Below, piece by piece: positions 13,615-23,266 of a stretch of 27,873 nucleotides of DNA. Each line of letters begins with the position of its first letter. Position 1 is the stretch's first letter. A model generated the notes under the pieces. It was given only the letters and a program-made list of their open reading frames with translations. It ran no database searches and was not told where the DNA came from. The DNA is from Myxococcales bacterium. GTDB taxonomy: Bacteria > Myxococcota_A > Polyangia > Fen-1088. The stretch spans positions 1-27,873 of the forward strand of contig JANPFD010000239.1 in NCBI GenBank assembly GCA_031423255.1. The letters run 5' to 3'. The translations under genes were made by a program, and so were the position numbers.

Positions 13615-14375
13615 ACAGCCACGACGTGGCCCAGGATCCACGACTTCGCGCGATCGTGCAGGCACAGCCTCACCCGCTCCTGTTCGCAACGGTGAGCGGG
13701 GCTCATCTGTATGGCTTCCCCTCGCCAGACTCGGACTTCGATCTTCGCGGTGTCCATGTCCTTCCGCCCGAGTTGGTCGTCGGCCTCGATGAAGGGCCGG
13801 CCACCATCGAGGTAGCGGAGCGCCGTCCGGATCTGGAACTGGATCTCGTCACGCACGACGCGAAGAAGTTCTTCGGGCTGCTCCTGCGTCGCAACGGCTA
13901 CGTCCTCGAGCAGCTCTATTCACCGCTCGTCATCAGCACGACGGCAGAGCACGGAGAGCTCAAGGCGATCGCCCGCACCTGCATCACCCGCCATCATGTG
14001 CACCACTACCGGGGCTTTGCCGGCACCCAGTGGGATCTCTTCTGCAAGGAGCAGCCGCGACGGGTCAAGCCGCTCCTCTACGTGTACCGGGTGCTGCTGA
14101 CCGGCATTCATCTGATGCGCACGGGGGAGATCGAAGCCAACCTCGTTCACCTCAACGAGGAGTTCAGGCTTCCCTACGTCCCGGAACTCGTCGCGCGCAA
14201 GCTGGAGGGACCGGAGAAAGCCACGCTTGCCGAACAGGACTGGGGCCGGCACGAGTCCGAGTACAACCGCCTTGTGGGCGTCCTCGACGAGGCATCGGTC
14301 GCCAGCACGCTGGCCGAGGAGCCGTCAGCACACCGGGCGCTGCACGATCTTCTGGTGCGCGTTCGCCTGAGGTGA
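13611..14375 (+). CDS. Pol-beta-superfamily nucleotidyltransferase, paralog 2
   Basis: 254 aa. Its start overlaps the previous stop (ATGA). Motif GAHLYGFPSPDSDFDLRGVH is the same NTase signature. Similar length and architecture to paralog 1. Confidence 0.65.
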   Translation: MNSHDVAQDPRLRAIVQAQPHPLLFATVSGAHLYGFPSPDSDFDLRGVHVLPPELVVGLDEGPATIEVAERRPDLELDLVTHDAKKFFGLLLRRNGYVLEQLYSPLVISTTAEHGELKAIARTCITRHHVHHYRGFAGTQWDLFCKEQPRRVKPLLYVYRVLLTGIHLMRTGEIEANLVHLNEEFRLPYVPELVARKLEGPEKATLAEQDWGRHESEYNRLVGVLDEASVASTLAEEPSAHRALHDLLVRVRLR

Positions 14376-14408
14376 GGACGCGTGCGTGTGTACCCGACGC
14401 CATGCCTG

Positions 14409-15089
14409 CTAGCCGTCGTATCGATACCCGACACCGTGGACAGTTCGCACCAGACTCGGATTTGCGGGATCTGCCTCCACTCGCTGTCTCAGCTTCGAGA
14501 TTTGCTGATCCAGGGTTCGGCTGTTCGGAGCGTGTTCGATCCCCCATAGCCGGTTGAAGAACGTATTGCGGTCCACCACCTTTCCGCGGTTTTCCTGCAA
14601 GAGTCTCAATATTCCGATCTCCCGCAGGGACAGCTCGATGACGTTCTCCCCGCGGCGCGCCCGCAACTCGGCCGGGAACACCTCCAGATCGCCGATGGTA
14701 AACGGCATTGACTGGGTCGGACGTTCACGAAGGCAGCGGCGTGTGACGGCGCGGATCCGGGCCACCACCTCCTTCACTCCGAATGGCTTGACGATGAAGT
14801 CGTCTCCGCCCATCTCCAGTCCCAGCACCCGGTCGATCTCCTCGGACTTGGCGCTGATGAAGATGATCGGGACTTCGGGATCGCGACCACGGATCTCGCG
14901 GCAGACCTCATAGCCACTTGCACCGGGCATCATGATGTCGAGGAGAACGAAGTGCGGGCTCTCGGCCAGGTACAGGCGGACCGCCTCCCGCCCGTCGCAG
15001 GCTGTGATCGTCTCGTAACCCTCTGCGACCAGGATGTCCCGCAGCCCTTCGCGAATGTGGCGGTCGTCTTCGGCGAGCAGGACTTTCAT
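14409..15089 (-). CDS. OmpR-family response regulator (receiver + winged-helix)
   Basis: 226 aa. MKVLLAEDD...D..(D52)...LLDIMMPGASG...K. The C-terminus LVRTVHGVGYRY is OmpR/PhoB-like wHTH. Its start overlaps the kinase stop. Confidence 0.85.
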   Translation of the reverse strand: MKVLLAEDDRHIREGLRDILVAEGYETITACDGREAVRLYLAESPHFVLLDIMMPGASGYEVCREIRGRDPEVPIIFISAKSEEIDRVLGLEMGGDDFIVKPFGVKEVVARIRAVTRRCLRERPTQSMPFTIGDLEVFPAELRARRGENVIELSLREIGILRLLQENRGKVVDRNTFFNRLWGIEHAPNSRTLDQQISKLRQRVEADPANPSLVRTVHGVGYRYDG

Positions 15090-16636
15090 GCAGCCTTTTC
15101 GGTGATCAGAATGACCTCGAAGCGCGCACCTCGATCAGAATCCAGGATCCGCAGGTCGCCGCCATGCCGTCGCGCCAGATCGCGAGCGATGCCGAGACCG
15201 ATGCCGGTGCCCGGCACCCCTTCATGGCTGGGCGCCACGAGGCGAACGAATGGCTCGAAGACTCGCTCCCGCTCCGAGGCGGGAATACCCGGCCCGCGAT
15301 CTTCGACCAGGATGCGCATGATCGGCAAGGAGACAGCGGTGCGCACCACCACCGGCCCTTGCGGCGCGTACTTCTCGACGTTGCTCAGCAGGTTGCCGAG
15401 GATCTGCGCGAGTACGTCTGCATCCACGCGTACCTGGCCGGGCGCTCCGGCATCGAAGCGGGCGGTCACGCCGCTGGAATCGAACCCCGGCCCGAACTGC
15501 TCGAGGAGGCCGCGAATGACGTCGTCGACACAGGCGGACGTGGGCTGAACCGTCAACCTTCCTTTCTCCAGACGCGACAAGGTGAGGATATTGGTGATGA
15601 GGCGTCCCAGACGCTGGCTCTCTGCCACTATGACGGCCAGTCGCTGGCGGCCAACCGGATCCTCAATCGTCTCTTCCAGCAACTCCGCGTACATCCGAAC
15701 GTTGGTCAACGGAGTCTTGAGCTCGTGCGAGACCTGGTTCACGAAGCTGACCCGCTCCGCAGCCAGCCGGAATTCGCGCGTGCTCTCCCGGAAAATCCAG
15801 ACCCCAGCCCCCACCACCACCAGCGCAAGCGCGAGCAGGCCGCCTGCGATACCGAGGGCGGTATACCCCCGCACGGGTTCCGGTCCCAGATAGGCCAGGC
15901 GCCAGGCCGCGAACGGCGGCCGGAGCCACAAGGCCACGAGAGGCTTGCTGTTGGGCGGTGGCGTGTAAGCGCCCCACTGGTAGACCATGCGGCCACTCGG
16001 GTCGAACAGAGCGATCCGCTCGTCGCCTCTGGATCGGTCAGGCACCGTCGCAGGAAGACGGGCTACCAGCGCAGCCTGCACGACGACCTTCGGCACCGCG
16101 ACTGCCACGATCTGGTCGGGAGCCGTCCGCCGCCAGAAGAGAAGGCCCAGTCCTTCGCGGTCTAGTAATGGTTCCCACCCGGAGGTGACACGCTCGCCTG
16201 CACGCGACAGAGCGGCACCGGGCTCCCACAGAGTACGAGCGTCTCGAATCAGGCGCTGTTCCTCATCATTACCGGGGCCACCCGGGGGAAAGAGAAGACG
16301 GCCCGCACGATCGGCGACCACCATGCGTTCGAGGCGCGGATGCCGCTGCGACAACGCGCGCAATTGTTCGGGATCGGACGGGAGGTGTTCGGTCGCAGCC
16401 AGAAGGTCGCGTTGCAATTCGGTATCCACCACATCGAGCATCACCGCTAGATCCTCCAGCTTGCGCTCGAGCAAGGAGCGCATCTCGCTGGCGGCCCGCC
16501 CCTCTTCACTTCCAGCCACCCAGATGCCCACGGCTGCCAGCACCCCGACCGGGGCCAGCACGAGCAGACCAAGCAGGATTCGAAGGCGGAGGTGCACGTC
16601 AGTCCCGGGCCAATCCCCCCAGAGGATCGTTGCCAA
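15086..16636 (-). CDS. sensor histidine kinase (2 TM, HisKA + HATPase_c)
   Basis: 516 aa. H-box VNQVSHELKTPLTNVRMYAELL and G-boxes DRGPGIP...GTGIGLGIARDLARRHGG. The start may be the GTG at 16597 rather than 16636, which overlaps the upstream vWA gene by 38 nt. Confidence 0.8.
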   Translation of the reverse strand: MATILWGDWPGTDVHLRLRILLGLLVLAPVGVLAAVGIWVAGSEEGRAASEMRSLLERKLEDLAVMLDVVDTELQRDLLAATEHLPSDPEQLRALSQRHPRLERMVVADRAGRLLFPPGGPGNDEEQRLIRDARTLWEPGAALSRAGERVTSGWEPLLDREGLGLLFWRRTAPDQIVAVAVPKVVVQAALVARLPATVPDRSRGDERIALFDPSGRMVYQWGAYTPPPNSKPLVALWLRPPFAAWRLAYLGPEPVRGYTALGIAGGLLALALVVVGAGVWIFRESTREFRLAAERVSFVNQVSHELKTPLTNVRMYAELLEETIEDPVGRQRLAVIVAESQRLGRLITNILTLSRLEKGRLTVQPTSACVDDVIRGLLEQFGPGFDSSGVTARFDAGAPGQVRVDADVLAQILGNLLSNVEKYAPQGPVVVRTAVSLPIMRILVEDRGPGIPASERERVFEPFVRLVAPSHEGVPGTGIGLGIARDLARRHGGDLRILDSDRGARFEVILITEKAA

Positions 16637-17327
16637 TCCGATTCATCATCTCGACGAGATTGAACATGCGCGGCGGTGTGCTGGTGACACGCGCCTGCTC
16701 CCGGTCACGGCGTACGCGTCTTGGGCCACGTCGGATAACCGGAGAAGACGGAGATGATGGCTGGTTGCCGGCCGCGGACTCTTGGCTGGCGACGTCCAGT
16801 CCAGCGCCCAGAAGTTCTCGTTCGACAAGGCGACCCACGTTCCTTGTCCGCTCGCCGACAACAACCGTGGACAAAGAAATGCCTTCCTTCATCAGCAGTG
16901 TGGCGAACGTTCCGAGTTGTGCCGGCGAGTTCTCGGCGGATACGAGGACGATGCGGCTGGCCCGATCTGGCCGCGCAAATCTGGCCAACTCGCCCTTGCA
17001 CTTCACGACGGCAGCGAACGCCGCTGTAGACCCGCCACCCGCGTCGAGGCGTCGAATACCGGCCGCGACCTCGTCCCGCTGCACGAGACGTGTTGCGGGC
17101 ACGACCACCTGCACCAGGTCATCGTACGCCACGAGCGAGATGCTGTCTGTGGGTCGAAGCTGCCGGATCGCATCCATGAGGCCAAACCGGACTTCTGCGA
17201 CGTTCCCGTTGCCCATGGCTTGCGATCGATCAACCGCCAGGCAGGCATTGACGCCACCATGACTGCCTTCCGCCGAAGGATGAGCAACTGAAAACAGCGC
17301 GACGGCGACCAGCAAAAAAGAGTTCAT
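16599..17327 (-). CDS. secreted von Willebrand factor A (vWA) domain protein
   Basis: 242 aa. Signal peptide MNSFLLVAVALFSVAHPSA. MIDAS DxSxS (DRSQAM) and GGGSTA. It is the first gene of the vWA-HK-RR operon. Confidence 0.7.
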   Translation of the reverse strand: MNSFLLVAVALFSVAHPSAEGSHGGVNACLAVDRSQAMGNGNVAEVRFGLMDAIRQLRPTDSISLVAYDDLVQVVVPATRLVQRDEVAAGIRRLDAGGGSTAAFAAVVKCKGELARFARPDRASRIVLVSAENSPAQLGTFATLLMKEGISLSTVVVGERTRNVGRLVERELLGAGLDVASQESAAGNQPSSPSSPVIRRGPRRVRRDREQARVTSTPPRMFNLVEMMNRIGNDPLGGLARD

Positions 17328-17523
17328 GAGCGAGCCTCCTCCGACAAACGTTAGTCAGGGCGCCGATCTAGGTGGTCAGCGGCTTGTATGTGATTTGTAA
17401 AAAGATTGTGAAGGCGACCGGTGGGTTGCCTGCCCACGCCGTGTGCACTCCGCGCCGATGTAGGCGGCGAAGCAATCGGCTCCCGGATGGCATCCACCGC
17501 TCGCGCCAGTGGTACGATCGAGA

Positions 17524-17974
17524 CATGTGGTTTGCCCTGCTCATCGTGGTGGCCGACGGTACCCAGGCAGCACCGGACGCGGGCTCGTCGATCCGACGAC
17601 GACCCGTGACCGAGGCCGATCTCCAGCCTGAAGGCAGTCGCGACCCGTTCAGGCGGGTTGCTCCGCTGGCGATCGTGCCTGCGGTGCCGGAGTCGACCCG
17701 AGCCCGGACATACCCGCTCGGCGAGTTGAAGCTCGTCGCCGTCATCGGAGGCGATGTCCCCGTGAGGGCGATGTTCGTCACGCCACGCGGTCGAGACGTG
17801 ATCGTCAGACGCGGTGACTTTCTGTCCAGCAGTGACGCCCGGATTGCGCAGATCCTTTCCGATCGAGTCATCCTGGAAGTCGCCGAGCGTCTCGACGACG
17901 GCGTGCGATTGACCCAGAGGGTGCTCGTCCTCCACCAGGACGAAGGCCCGCTCCGCTTCAGCGACGAGGAGTAG
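17524..17974 (+). CDS. PilP-like lipoprotein/pilus-assembly-type protein (RDPF motif + C-terminal beta domain)
   Basis: 150 aa from the ATG at 17524 (the ORF is open from 17372). Hydrophobic N-terminus, a conserved SRDPF motif, and LGELKLVAVIGGDVPVRAMFVTPRGRDVIVRRGDFL resembling the PilP core. No pil neighbours. Confidence 0.35.
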
Positions 17975-18182
17975 CCGGCGCCGATTCCGGCTTGATAAAG
18001 ACGTCGGGTGCGTCGATGGGTTCGTGTGGCGCTGCGTTTCATCGACCGCCACATGGTCTACGTGCCGGAGAGCGAGCTCTGGACAAGACCGGCGTCGGCT
18101 TCGATCGCTCCGGCGCCGCGCTCACCCACAGGACGGCACGGCTGATCGCGAAACGCGAAATGAAGGGCCGGCGAGGGCGTTG

Positions 18183-18794
18183 CTACGGAGCCTTCATGAC
18201 CTCGAAGTACAGCGTCGACTCCCGCCCCGTGCGATGCCGGGACCTGACGCCCTCGATCTGCCGACCCTCGTCCGCAAAGAGCCATCGATCGGTAGCCATT
18301 ACCCCGAACGCGGTCAGGACCTGGTCCAACTCGTGACGTCCGAAGACCCGGATCGGGCAGTCCGCCCGGTCCCCGGCGCCGCTCTCGCGAATCGACTTCA
18401 ATATCCCGTCGGCGAGCGCCTCGTGAAACGAGGCTGCAGGACGATCACCGCGCTCGTACAGATAGCCCGCCTTGAGCAGGTGAGCCTCCAGATTGCTGAA
18501 GTTCGATCGAAGCAGTTGATCGGCGGCCGCGAGGGCCTCATCCCGGTTGCCGTCGGCCGATGCGGTCCGTAGTGTCTCCTCCAGGGCCTTCGCGCCAGAA
18601 TCTCGCTGAACGGCCCCGCCATGGCGAAACCGCAGGTAGTCGATGTCGTCAGGGTTCAAGGGTCGCTTGTTGGGCTTGAGAAGTACCTGGGTCGTCTGCT
18701 CGTAGTAGAGGCGATCCGCGGCCGGGTTCAGGGGAAAGGTCGCGGCGCACGAAATCAGAGAGATGCTTGCAAGAGCTGCCGCCACCCGGATCAT
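18183..18794 (-). CDS. putative lipoprotein, function unknown
   Basis: 203 aa. Signal + lipobox ...ISLISCAAT. No family recognised. Its start overlaps the stop of the upstream large vWA gene. Confidence 0.45.
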   Translation of the reverse strand: MIRVAAALASISLISCAATFPLNPAADRLYYEQTTQVLLKPNKRPLNPDDIDYLRFRHGGAVQRDSGAKALEETLRTASADGNRDEALAAADQLLRSNFSNLEAHLLKAGYLYERGDRPAASFHEALADGILKSIRESGAGDRADCPIRVFGRHELDQVLTAFGVMATDRWLFADEGRQIEGVRSRHRTGRESTLYFEVMKAP

Positions 18795-21508
18795 CGAGAC
18801 ACCTCCGGCGCCGGGAAGAGCCGTGGTTCACGAGAGGTCGCCCCGGGTTCGTGGTCGGTCAGGACCAGGGCCAAAAGGATCGATCGGGGGAGCGGCTCTA
18901 TCTGCTCGAGCGCATCGGGCAGCGTCACCCGCACCACGACGTCCCGGTCGCAGGTACCTTGAAAGATGCTGACGCCCCTCTCCCGGGCGGAGACTGGCAG
19001 CAGTGTGCGTCCGCAGTTCGGCAGCAGGGAGAGACGGCCAAGGGCTGTCTCCAGGCGGACCGCGTGTCCGACGGAAGTGCCCTGGAGCATGTGGCCGGTA
19101 CCGGTTTCCGAGTGAAAGAAGCCGACCTGATGCCCGCCCACATGCCCCTCCGCCTCGTGCCCGTGCATCATGATCCAGACTGGCTCCTCCCCGATCCGGC
19201 CCACGATCTCCACCGGTTTGACGTCCAGGCGGACGGGGACCCCCCGGACAGTCCCCTCCAGGTGTGTCCCGTCGAGGGTCAGGGTGCCGTCGATGCGGCC
19301 GTTGCGCTCGATGACGATCCGCGGTGAAGAGGCGGCCTCCTCTCCGGCTGAGAGGCGCTTCATCTCCTGCGCCCGACGTACGAGGCCCAGGAAGTCGCTC
19401 CTGTATGACCCTGCATCGGAGCCGAGGCCCTCGCGAGCCAGTCGGTCGACCATGGCCAGATCGGCGCGTCCACCGTATGGCGATCCACGCAGCACCATCC
19501 CGAACGCAGCCACGGAGGCCGCAAACCGGAAATCGGCCGATGCTGCTCCTGGCTTGGCGTTGGTATCGACGAGCGGGACCTCCAGCTTCTTGCTGGTCTC
19601 GCCTGCAGGCTCCTTGTACCTGACTTTCAACGTGAGGATCTCGGGACTGGCAGACGCCGCGATCGCGGCGGGCTGGTAGCGCAACGGATCGACCTTCGCT
19701 CCTGGTGGCGTGATCTCGTAAAGAGCGGTGACGGTGTGACCTGCTCCGATCTCGCCTCCGTCCTTGCGATCGTCGTTGAAGTCCTCCTTGCGCAGCCGCC
19801 GGTTCTCGTACCCGAGGAGGCGGTAGGTTCCGACGCGGGCAGGATTGAACTCGACTTGGATCTTCACGTCCTTGGCGATGGTCAGGATCGTCCCGGACAG
19901 CTGCTCGACCAGCACCTTCCGAGCTTCCCTGAGGGAATCGATGTAGGCGTAGTTCCCGTTGCCCTTGTCGGCGAGCGCCTCGATGGTGCCATCCTTGAGG
20001 TTGCCCGTGCCGAAACCGAGGACTGTGAGGAAGACACCGGCGCGTGCCTCCTTCGCGACCAGCTCGACCAGATCGTCCTTCCCGGTCACCCCGACGTTGA
20101 AGTCCCCGTCAGTAGCCAGGATCACCCGGTTGTTGCCGCCACGAATGAACTCCTGACGGGCGATCCGGTACGCGAGCCGGATGCCCTCGCCGCCGTTGGT
20201 GGAGCCTCCGGCATCGAGCCGGGAAATCGCCTCCCGGATTGCAGTCTTGTCACTGGCCGGCGTCGAAGGAAGGACCAGGCCGGCATTCCCGGCGTAGACC
20301 ACCATCGCCACCCGGTCGCGAGGCCGCAACTGCTCGGCCAGCAGCAGGAGCGAGTCCTTCACCAGCGGGAGCTTCCTCGGCTCGTTCATCGAACCGGACA
20401 CATCGATCAGGAATACCAGGCTGGCGGCCGGGCGATCGCCGATGGGCACGTCCTTGCCGCGCAGACCGATCCGCACCAGACGGGCGTCGGCGTTCCAGGG
20501 ACAGTCGTTGACTTCCATGGACATCCCGAACGGAACGCCGGGCGCTGGCGCCGGGTAAGCGTAGGGGAAGTAGTTCACCAGCTCCTCGACGCGAACGGCG
20601 TCAGCGGGTGGCAGGTGCCCGTCGACGAGAAAGCGGCGCACGTTTGCGTAGGAAGCGGTGTCGACGTCGATCGCAAAGGTCGACAGAGGCGAGTCGCTGG
20701 TCTGGGAGGGCGCCTTCTCGGCGATTTTTGCGTACGACTCTGTGCCGTACCCTGCGGTTTGGCTTTCGAGCGCTGACAGCGACTTGCCCGAGAGCCTTTG
20801 CCCATGTGTCTTGAAACCCTCGACGTTCATCGAGTTCTGCTGCGTGCTTCCCCCGCCCACTCTGACACCGGCCGTGCCGTGGCCGATGAAACTCTCCACG
20901 GCAAAACGCTCGTCGAGCGGAAGACTGTCGGCAAACTCCTGCTCGTAGACTTCCCTCACCGCCGAGGTGCTGACGATCGGCGCGTTCTCCCTCACCATCA
21001 CCGCCTCCTGCTCACCCTCCACCTCCATGATGAGGTAGACGCTCGCAGGGGCGTCGACGGCTACCCGGATGTTCCTCTGATGCACGGTTTTCAGCTTCGG
21101 TGCCGTTGCGATGATTTCGAACGTCCCGGGAGGTAGTCCGACGATCCTGTAGAAGCCCTCATCGTTCGTGTACGCAACCTTGGCTCCGCCGCTCAGGGCA
21201 GGTGAACGAACGGTGACCTTGATGCCTTTGATCGGCGTCCCTGTCTGGTCGTAGACATACCCTTCGATCGAGCTCTCGGGGACGCTGTTCAGCAGAGCGA
21301 CCCAGACCGGCACCGCCCTGGCTAGGCCGAGGTCAGCCTTGGCTAGGCCGAGGGACCTCCTCAGCTGCCGCGTTCCGCTATCGGGCTCGGGAACACTTTT
21401 GCTCCCGGTCGCTGGCCGGGCCCGGTTGACCACCGAGCCCTCGATGGTCCCCATGGACGTTGCACCCACCACGATGAACAGCAACAGCAGTACCTTCTTC
21501 ATACCCAT
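18791..21508 (-). CDS. large secreted vWA-domain protein with carboxypeptidase-regulatory-like beta-sandwich domain
   Basis: About 905 aa from MGMKKVLLLLFIVVGATSMG (GAGGT RBS; the ORF reaches 21538). CarboxypepD_reg-like segment IEGYVYDQTGTPIKGIKVTVRS...AYTNDEGFYRIVGLPPGTFEI. vWA MIDAS LVFLIDVSGSM...GGSTNGGEG. Confidence 0.7.
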   Translation of the reverse strand: MGMKKVLLLLFIVVGATSMGTIEGSVVNRARPATGSKSVPEPDSGTRQLRRSLGLAKADLGLARAVPVWVALLNSVPESSIEGYVYDQTGTPIKGIKVTVRSPALSGGAKVAYTNDEGFYRIVGLPPGTFEIIATAPKLKTVHQRNIRVAVDAPASVYLIMEVEGEQEAVMVRENAPIVSTSAVREVYEQEFADSLPLDERFAVESFIGHGTAGVRVGGGSTQQNSMNVEGFKTHGQRLSGKSLSALESQTAGYGTESYAKIAEKAPSQTSDSPLSTFAIDVDTASYANVRRFLVDGHLPPADAVRVEELVNYFPYAYPAPAPGVPFGMSMEVNDCPWNADARLVRIGLRGKDVPIGDRPAASLVFLIDVSGSMNEPRKLPLVKDSLLLLAEQLRPRDRVAMVVYAGNAGLVLPSTPASDKTAIREAISRLDAGGSTNGGEGIRLAYRIARQEFIRGGNNRVILATDGDFNVGVTGKDDLVELVAKEARAGVFLTVLGFGTGNLKDGTIEALADKGNGNYAYIDSLREARKVLVEQLSGTILTIAKDVKIQVEFNPARVGTYRLLGYENRRLRKEDFNDDRKDGGEIGAGHTVTALYEITPPGAKVDPLRYQPAAIAASASPEILTLKVRYKEPAGETSKKLEVPLVDTNAKPGAASADFRFAASVAAFGMVLRGSPYGGRADLAMVDRLAREGLGSDAGSYRSDFLGLVRRAQEMKRLSAGEEAASSPRIVIERNGRIDGTLTLDGTHLEGTVRGVPVRLDVKPVEIVGRIGEEPVWIMMHGHEAEGHVGGHQVGFFHSETGTGHMLQGTSVGHAVRLETALGRLSLLPNCGRTLLPVSARERGVSIFQGTCDRDVVVRVTLPDALEQIEPLPRSILLALVLTDHEPGATSREPRLFPAPEVSR

Positions 21509-21617
21509 TTCGACCTCGCCGCCGGCGATCGAGGTCAAACAAAAACCACCTGAGATTCGGGCAGTTGAGCCAGTTCTTTTATTGACCCTCTCGCGTCCGA
21601 GCGCGGTCTAATGATCG

Positions 21618-22211
21618 GTGAGCCCGGCCGTGAACGAGAAAGTCGCCACGGAATCGGATTGGGTGAGCCGGTGCCAGGCGGGAGATCTCGCCGCCTGGCG
21701 AACTCTGTATGACCAGTACCTGCCTGTCGTGTATCGCGTGTGCAACCGGATGGGCGTCCCTCCGGCGGATCTCGGTGACGTCTGCCAGGAGGTCTTCCTC
21801 CGCGTCTACCGCGCGCTGGGCGGTTTCCGGGGAGAGGCGCAGTTCTCGACCTGGCTCTATCGCATCGCCCTCAACGAGGCGGCTCGCTCGCGGCGATCGG
21901 GCTCGGTCCGTCTCGCACTGTCGACATTCCTTCGACGTGAACCGGTCGTCCAACCGATCTCTCGTCCCGATGACGAGCTCGCCCGCACCGAGGCCGCCCG
22001 TGAACTCGAACGGATCCTCGCCCGCATGAAGCCGAAGCAGCGGGAGGTCTTCGTCCTCTTCGAACTCGAGGAGCTCGGCCTCGAGGAGATCGCCGAGGTC
22101 CTCGGCTGTCCTCTCGAGACGGTACGCTCGCGCCTGCGCCACGCCCGTGCGGACTTCGACCGGCTCCGCAGGCAACGCGAGCTCGTTGTCTCCCAGGGAG
22201 GCTCGCCATGA
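21618..22211 (+). CDS. ECF (sigma-70 family group IV) RNA polymerase sigma factor
   Basis: 197 aa. Region 2 YDQYLPVVYRVCNRM...DVCQEVFLRVYRAL...FSTWLYRIALNEA. Region 4 LEEIAEVLGCPLETVRSRLRHAR. Confidence 0.85.
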   Translation: MSPAVNEKVATESDWVSRCQAGDLAAWRTLYDQYLPVVYRVCNRMGVPPADLGDVCQEVFLRVYRALGGFRGEAQFSTWLYRIALNEAARSRRSGSVRLALSTFLRREPVVQPISRPDDELARTEAARELERILARMKPKQREVFVLFELEELGLEEIAEVLGCPLETVRSRLRHARADFDRLRRQRELVVSQGGSP

Positions 22212-23266
22212 AGGACTTCGAACGACTGCGGGTGGCGGGAACAGAGGAGGAGCGCGCACTCCTCCGCAGCGCAGAAGATCCCTCCGTTCCACCCGGCTTC
22301 CGCGAGGAGGTCCGGCGAGCCGTCGAGGAACGGATCTCGCCCCGGCGGAGGCAGCGCTCGTTCCGGCGCCTCGCCTTCGGGATCGCCAGCACCCTCATCG
22401 CCGGGACCGCGCTCGCCTACGGCGTCGCCCGGTACCGGGCTGCGAAGGAGCCACCATCGCCATCAGTGCCGGCTCCGAACCCTGGGCAGCCGACTCACCG
22501 ATCGGCAATTGCTCCGTCCACGACGACGTCCTCCGATCCAGCTGCACCGCCGATCCCGTCCTCGTCTCCCTCGCACCCGGCACACCGGCAGGCGACCGCC
22601 CCGATCACGGCCCCCGAGCCCGCGCCCGAGTCGATCACCATCCTTGCGCCCCCGACCTATCGGCCGACACCAACATCGACGCCGACGCCGGTCGCTGCGG
22701 TGGTCACACCTGCAGCGGCCTCGGCATCGCCCGTTGCGGAGCCTGCCCGGCTGGTGATCGGCCGTGAGGGCCGCCAGGAGGTGAGCGTGACGGTCGACGC
22801 CACGCGCGTGCAGGGCAAGGTCCGGAGCACGCCGGTGGCCATCGAGCTCAAGGGTGGGCAGATCCTGGGCAAGGCCGGGATCGAGAACGTCTCTCTCTGG
22901 ATCCGCGGGTACGTCGCGAGTGGCACCATCGCCGGACGCGACGTCGGGTACGAGCTCTCCCCCACGAACGACGGCCATCTCCTTCGTGGCTCGCTTCCTT
23001 CGCACACGGTGCGCGTCGAGCTGACCTCGAAGTCGCTCTCCTGGTACCCGGGCTGCGACCAGCCGCTGGCGCTGGTTGGCCCCGGTGTCTATGAAGGTCG
23101 CTGCTCCTGGGGCGGCAAGGCGCGCGTTGCCATCCCCGAACCGCTGCAGAAGATGGCGCCGATGGCGAAGCTGATCCTCCTCGGGATCCTGCTGACCGAG
23201 CGAGACCCCGTGCTCGAGAACGGCACGCCCGAGCTCTTCGGGATCCCCGACTGGCCGAAGCGCTAG
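22208..23266 (+). CDS. putative anti-sigma factor (single TM, Pro/Thr-rich linker, C-terminal domain)
   Basis: 352 aa. Its start overlaps the sigma stop (ATGA). Short cytoplasmic N-terminus, TM FGIASTLIAGTALAYGV, a PS/PT-rich linker, then a globular C-terminus. Confidence 0.6.
   Translation: MKDFERLRVAGTEEERALLRSAEDPSVPPGFREEVRRAVEERISPRRRQRSFRRLAFGIASTLIAGTALAYGVARYRAAKEPPSPSVPAPNPGQPTHRSAIAPSTTTSSDPAAPPIPSSSPSHPAHRQATAPITAPEPAPESITILAPPTYRPTPTSTPTPVAAVVTPAAASASPVAEPARLVIGREGRQEVSVTVDATRVQGKVRSTPVAIELKGGQILGKAGIENVSLWIRGYVASGTIAGRDVGYELSPTNDGHLLRGSLPSHTVRVELTSKSLSWYPGCDQPLALVGPGVYEGRCSWGGKARVAIPEPLQKMAPMAKLILLGILLTERDPVLENGTPELFGIPDWPKR

Noticed and set aside
19736-20776. 346-aa plus-strand ORF inside the large vWA gene
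   Set aside because: It is antisense to the vWA/CarboxypepD_reg protein, which has clear domain motifs and a signal peptide. Most likely spurious.
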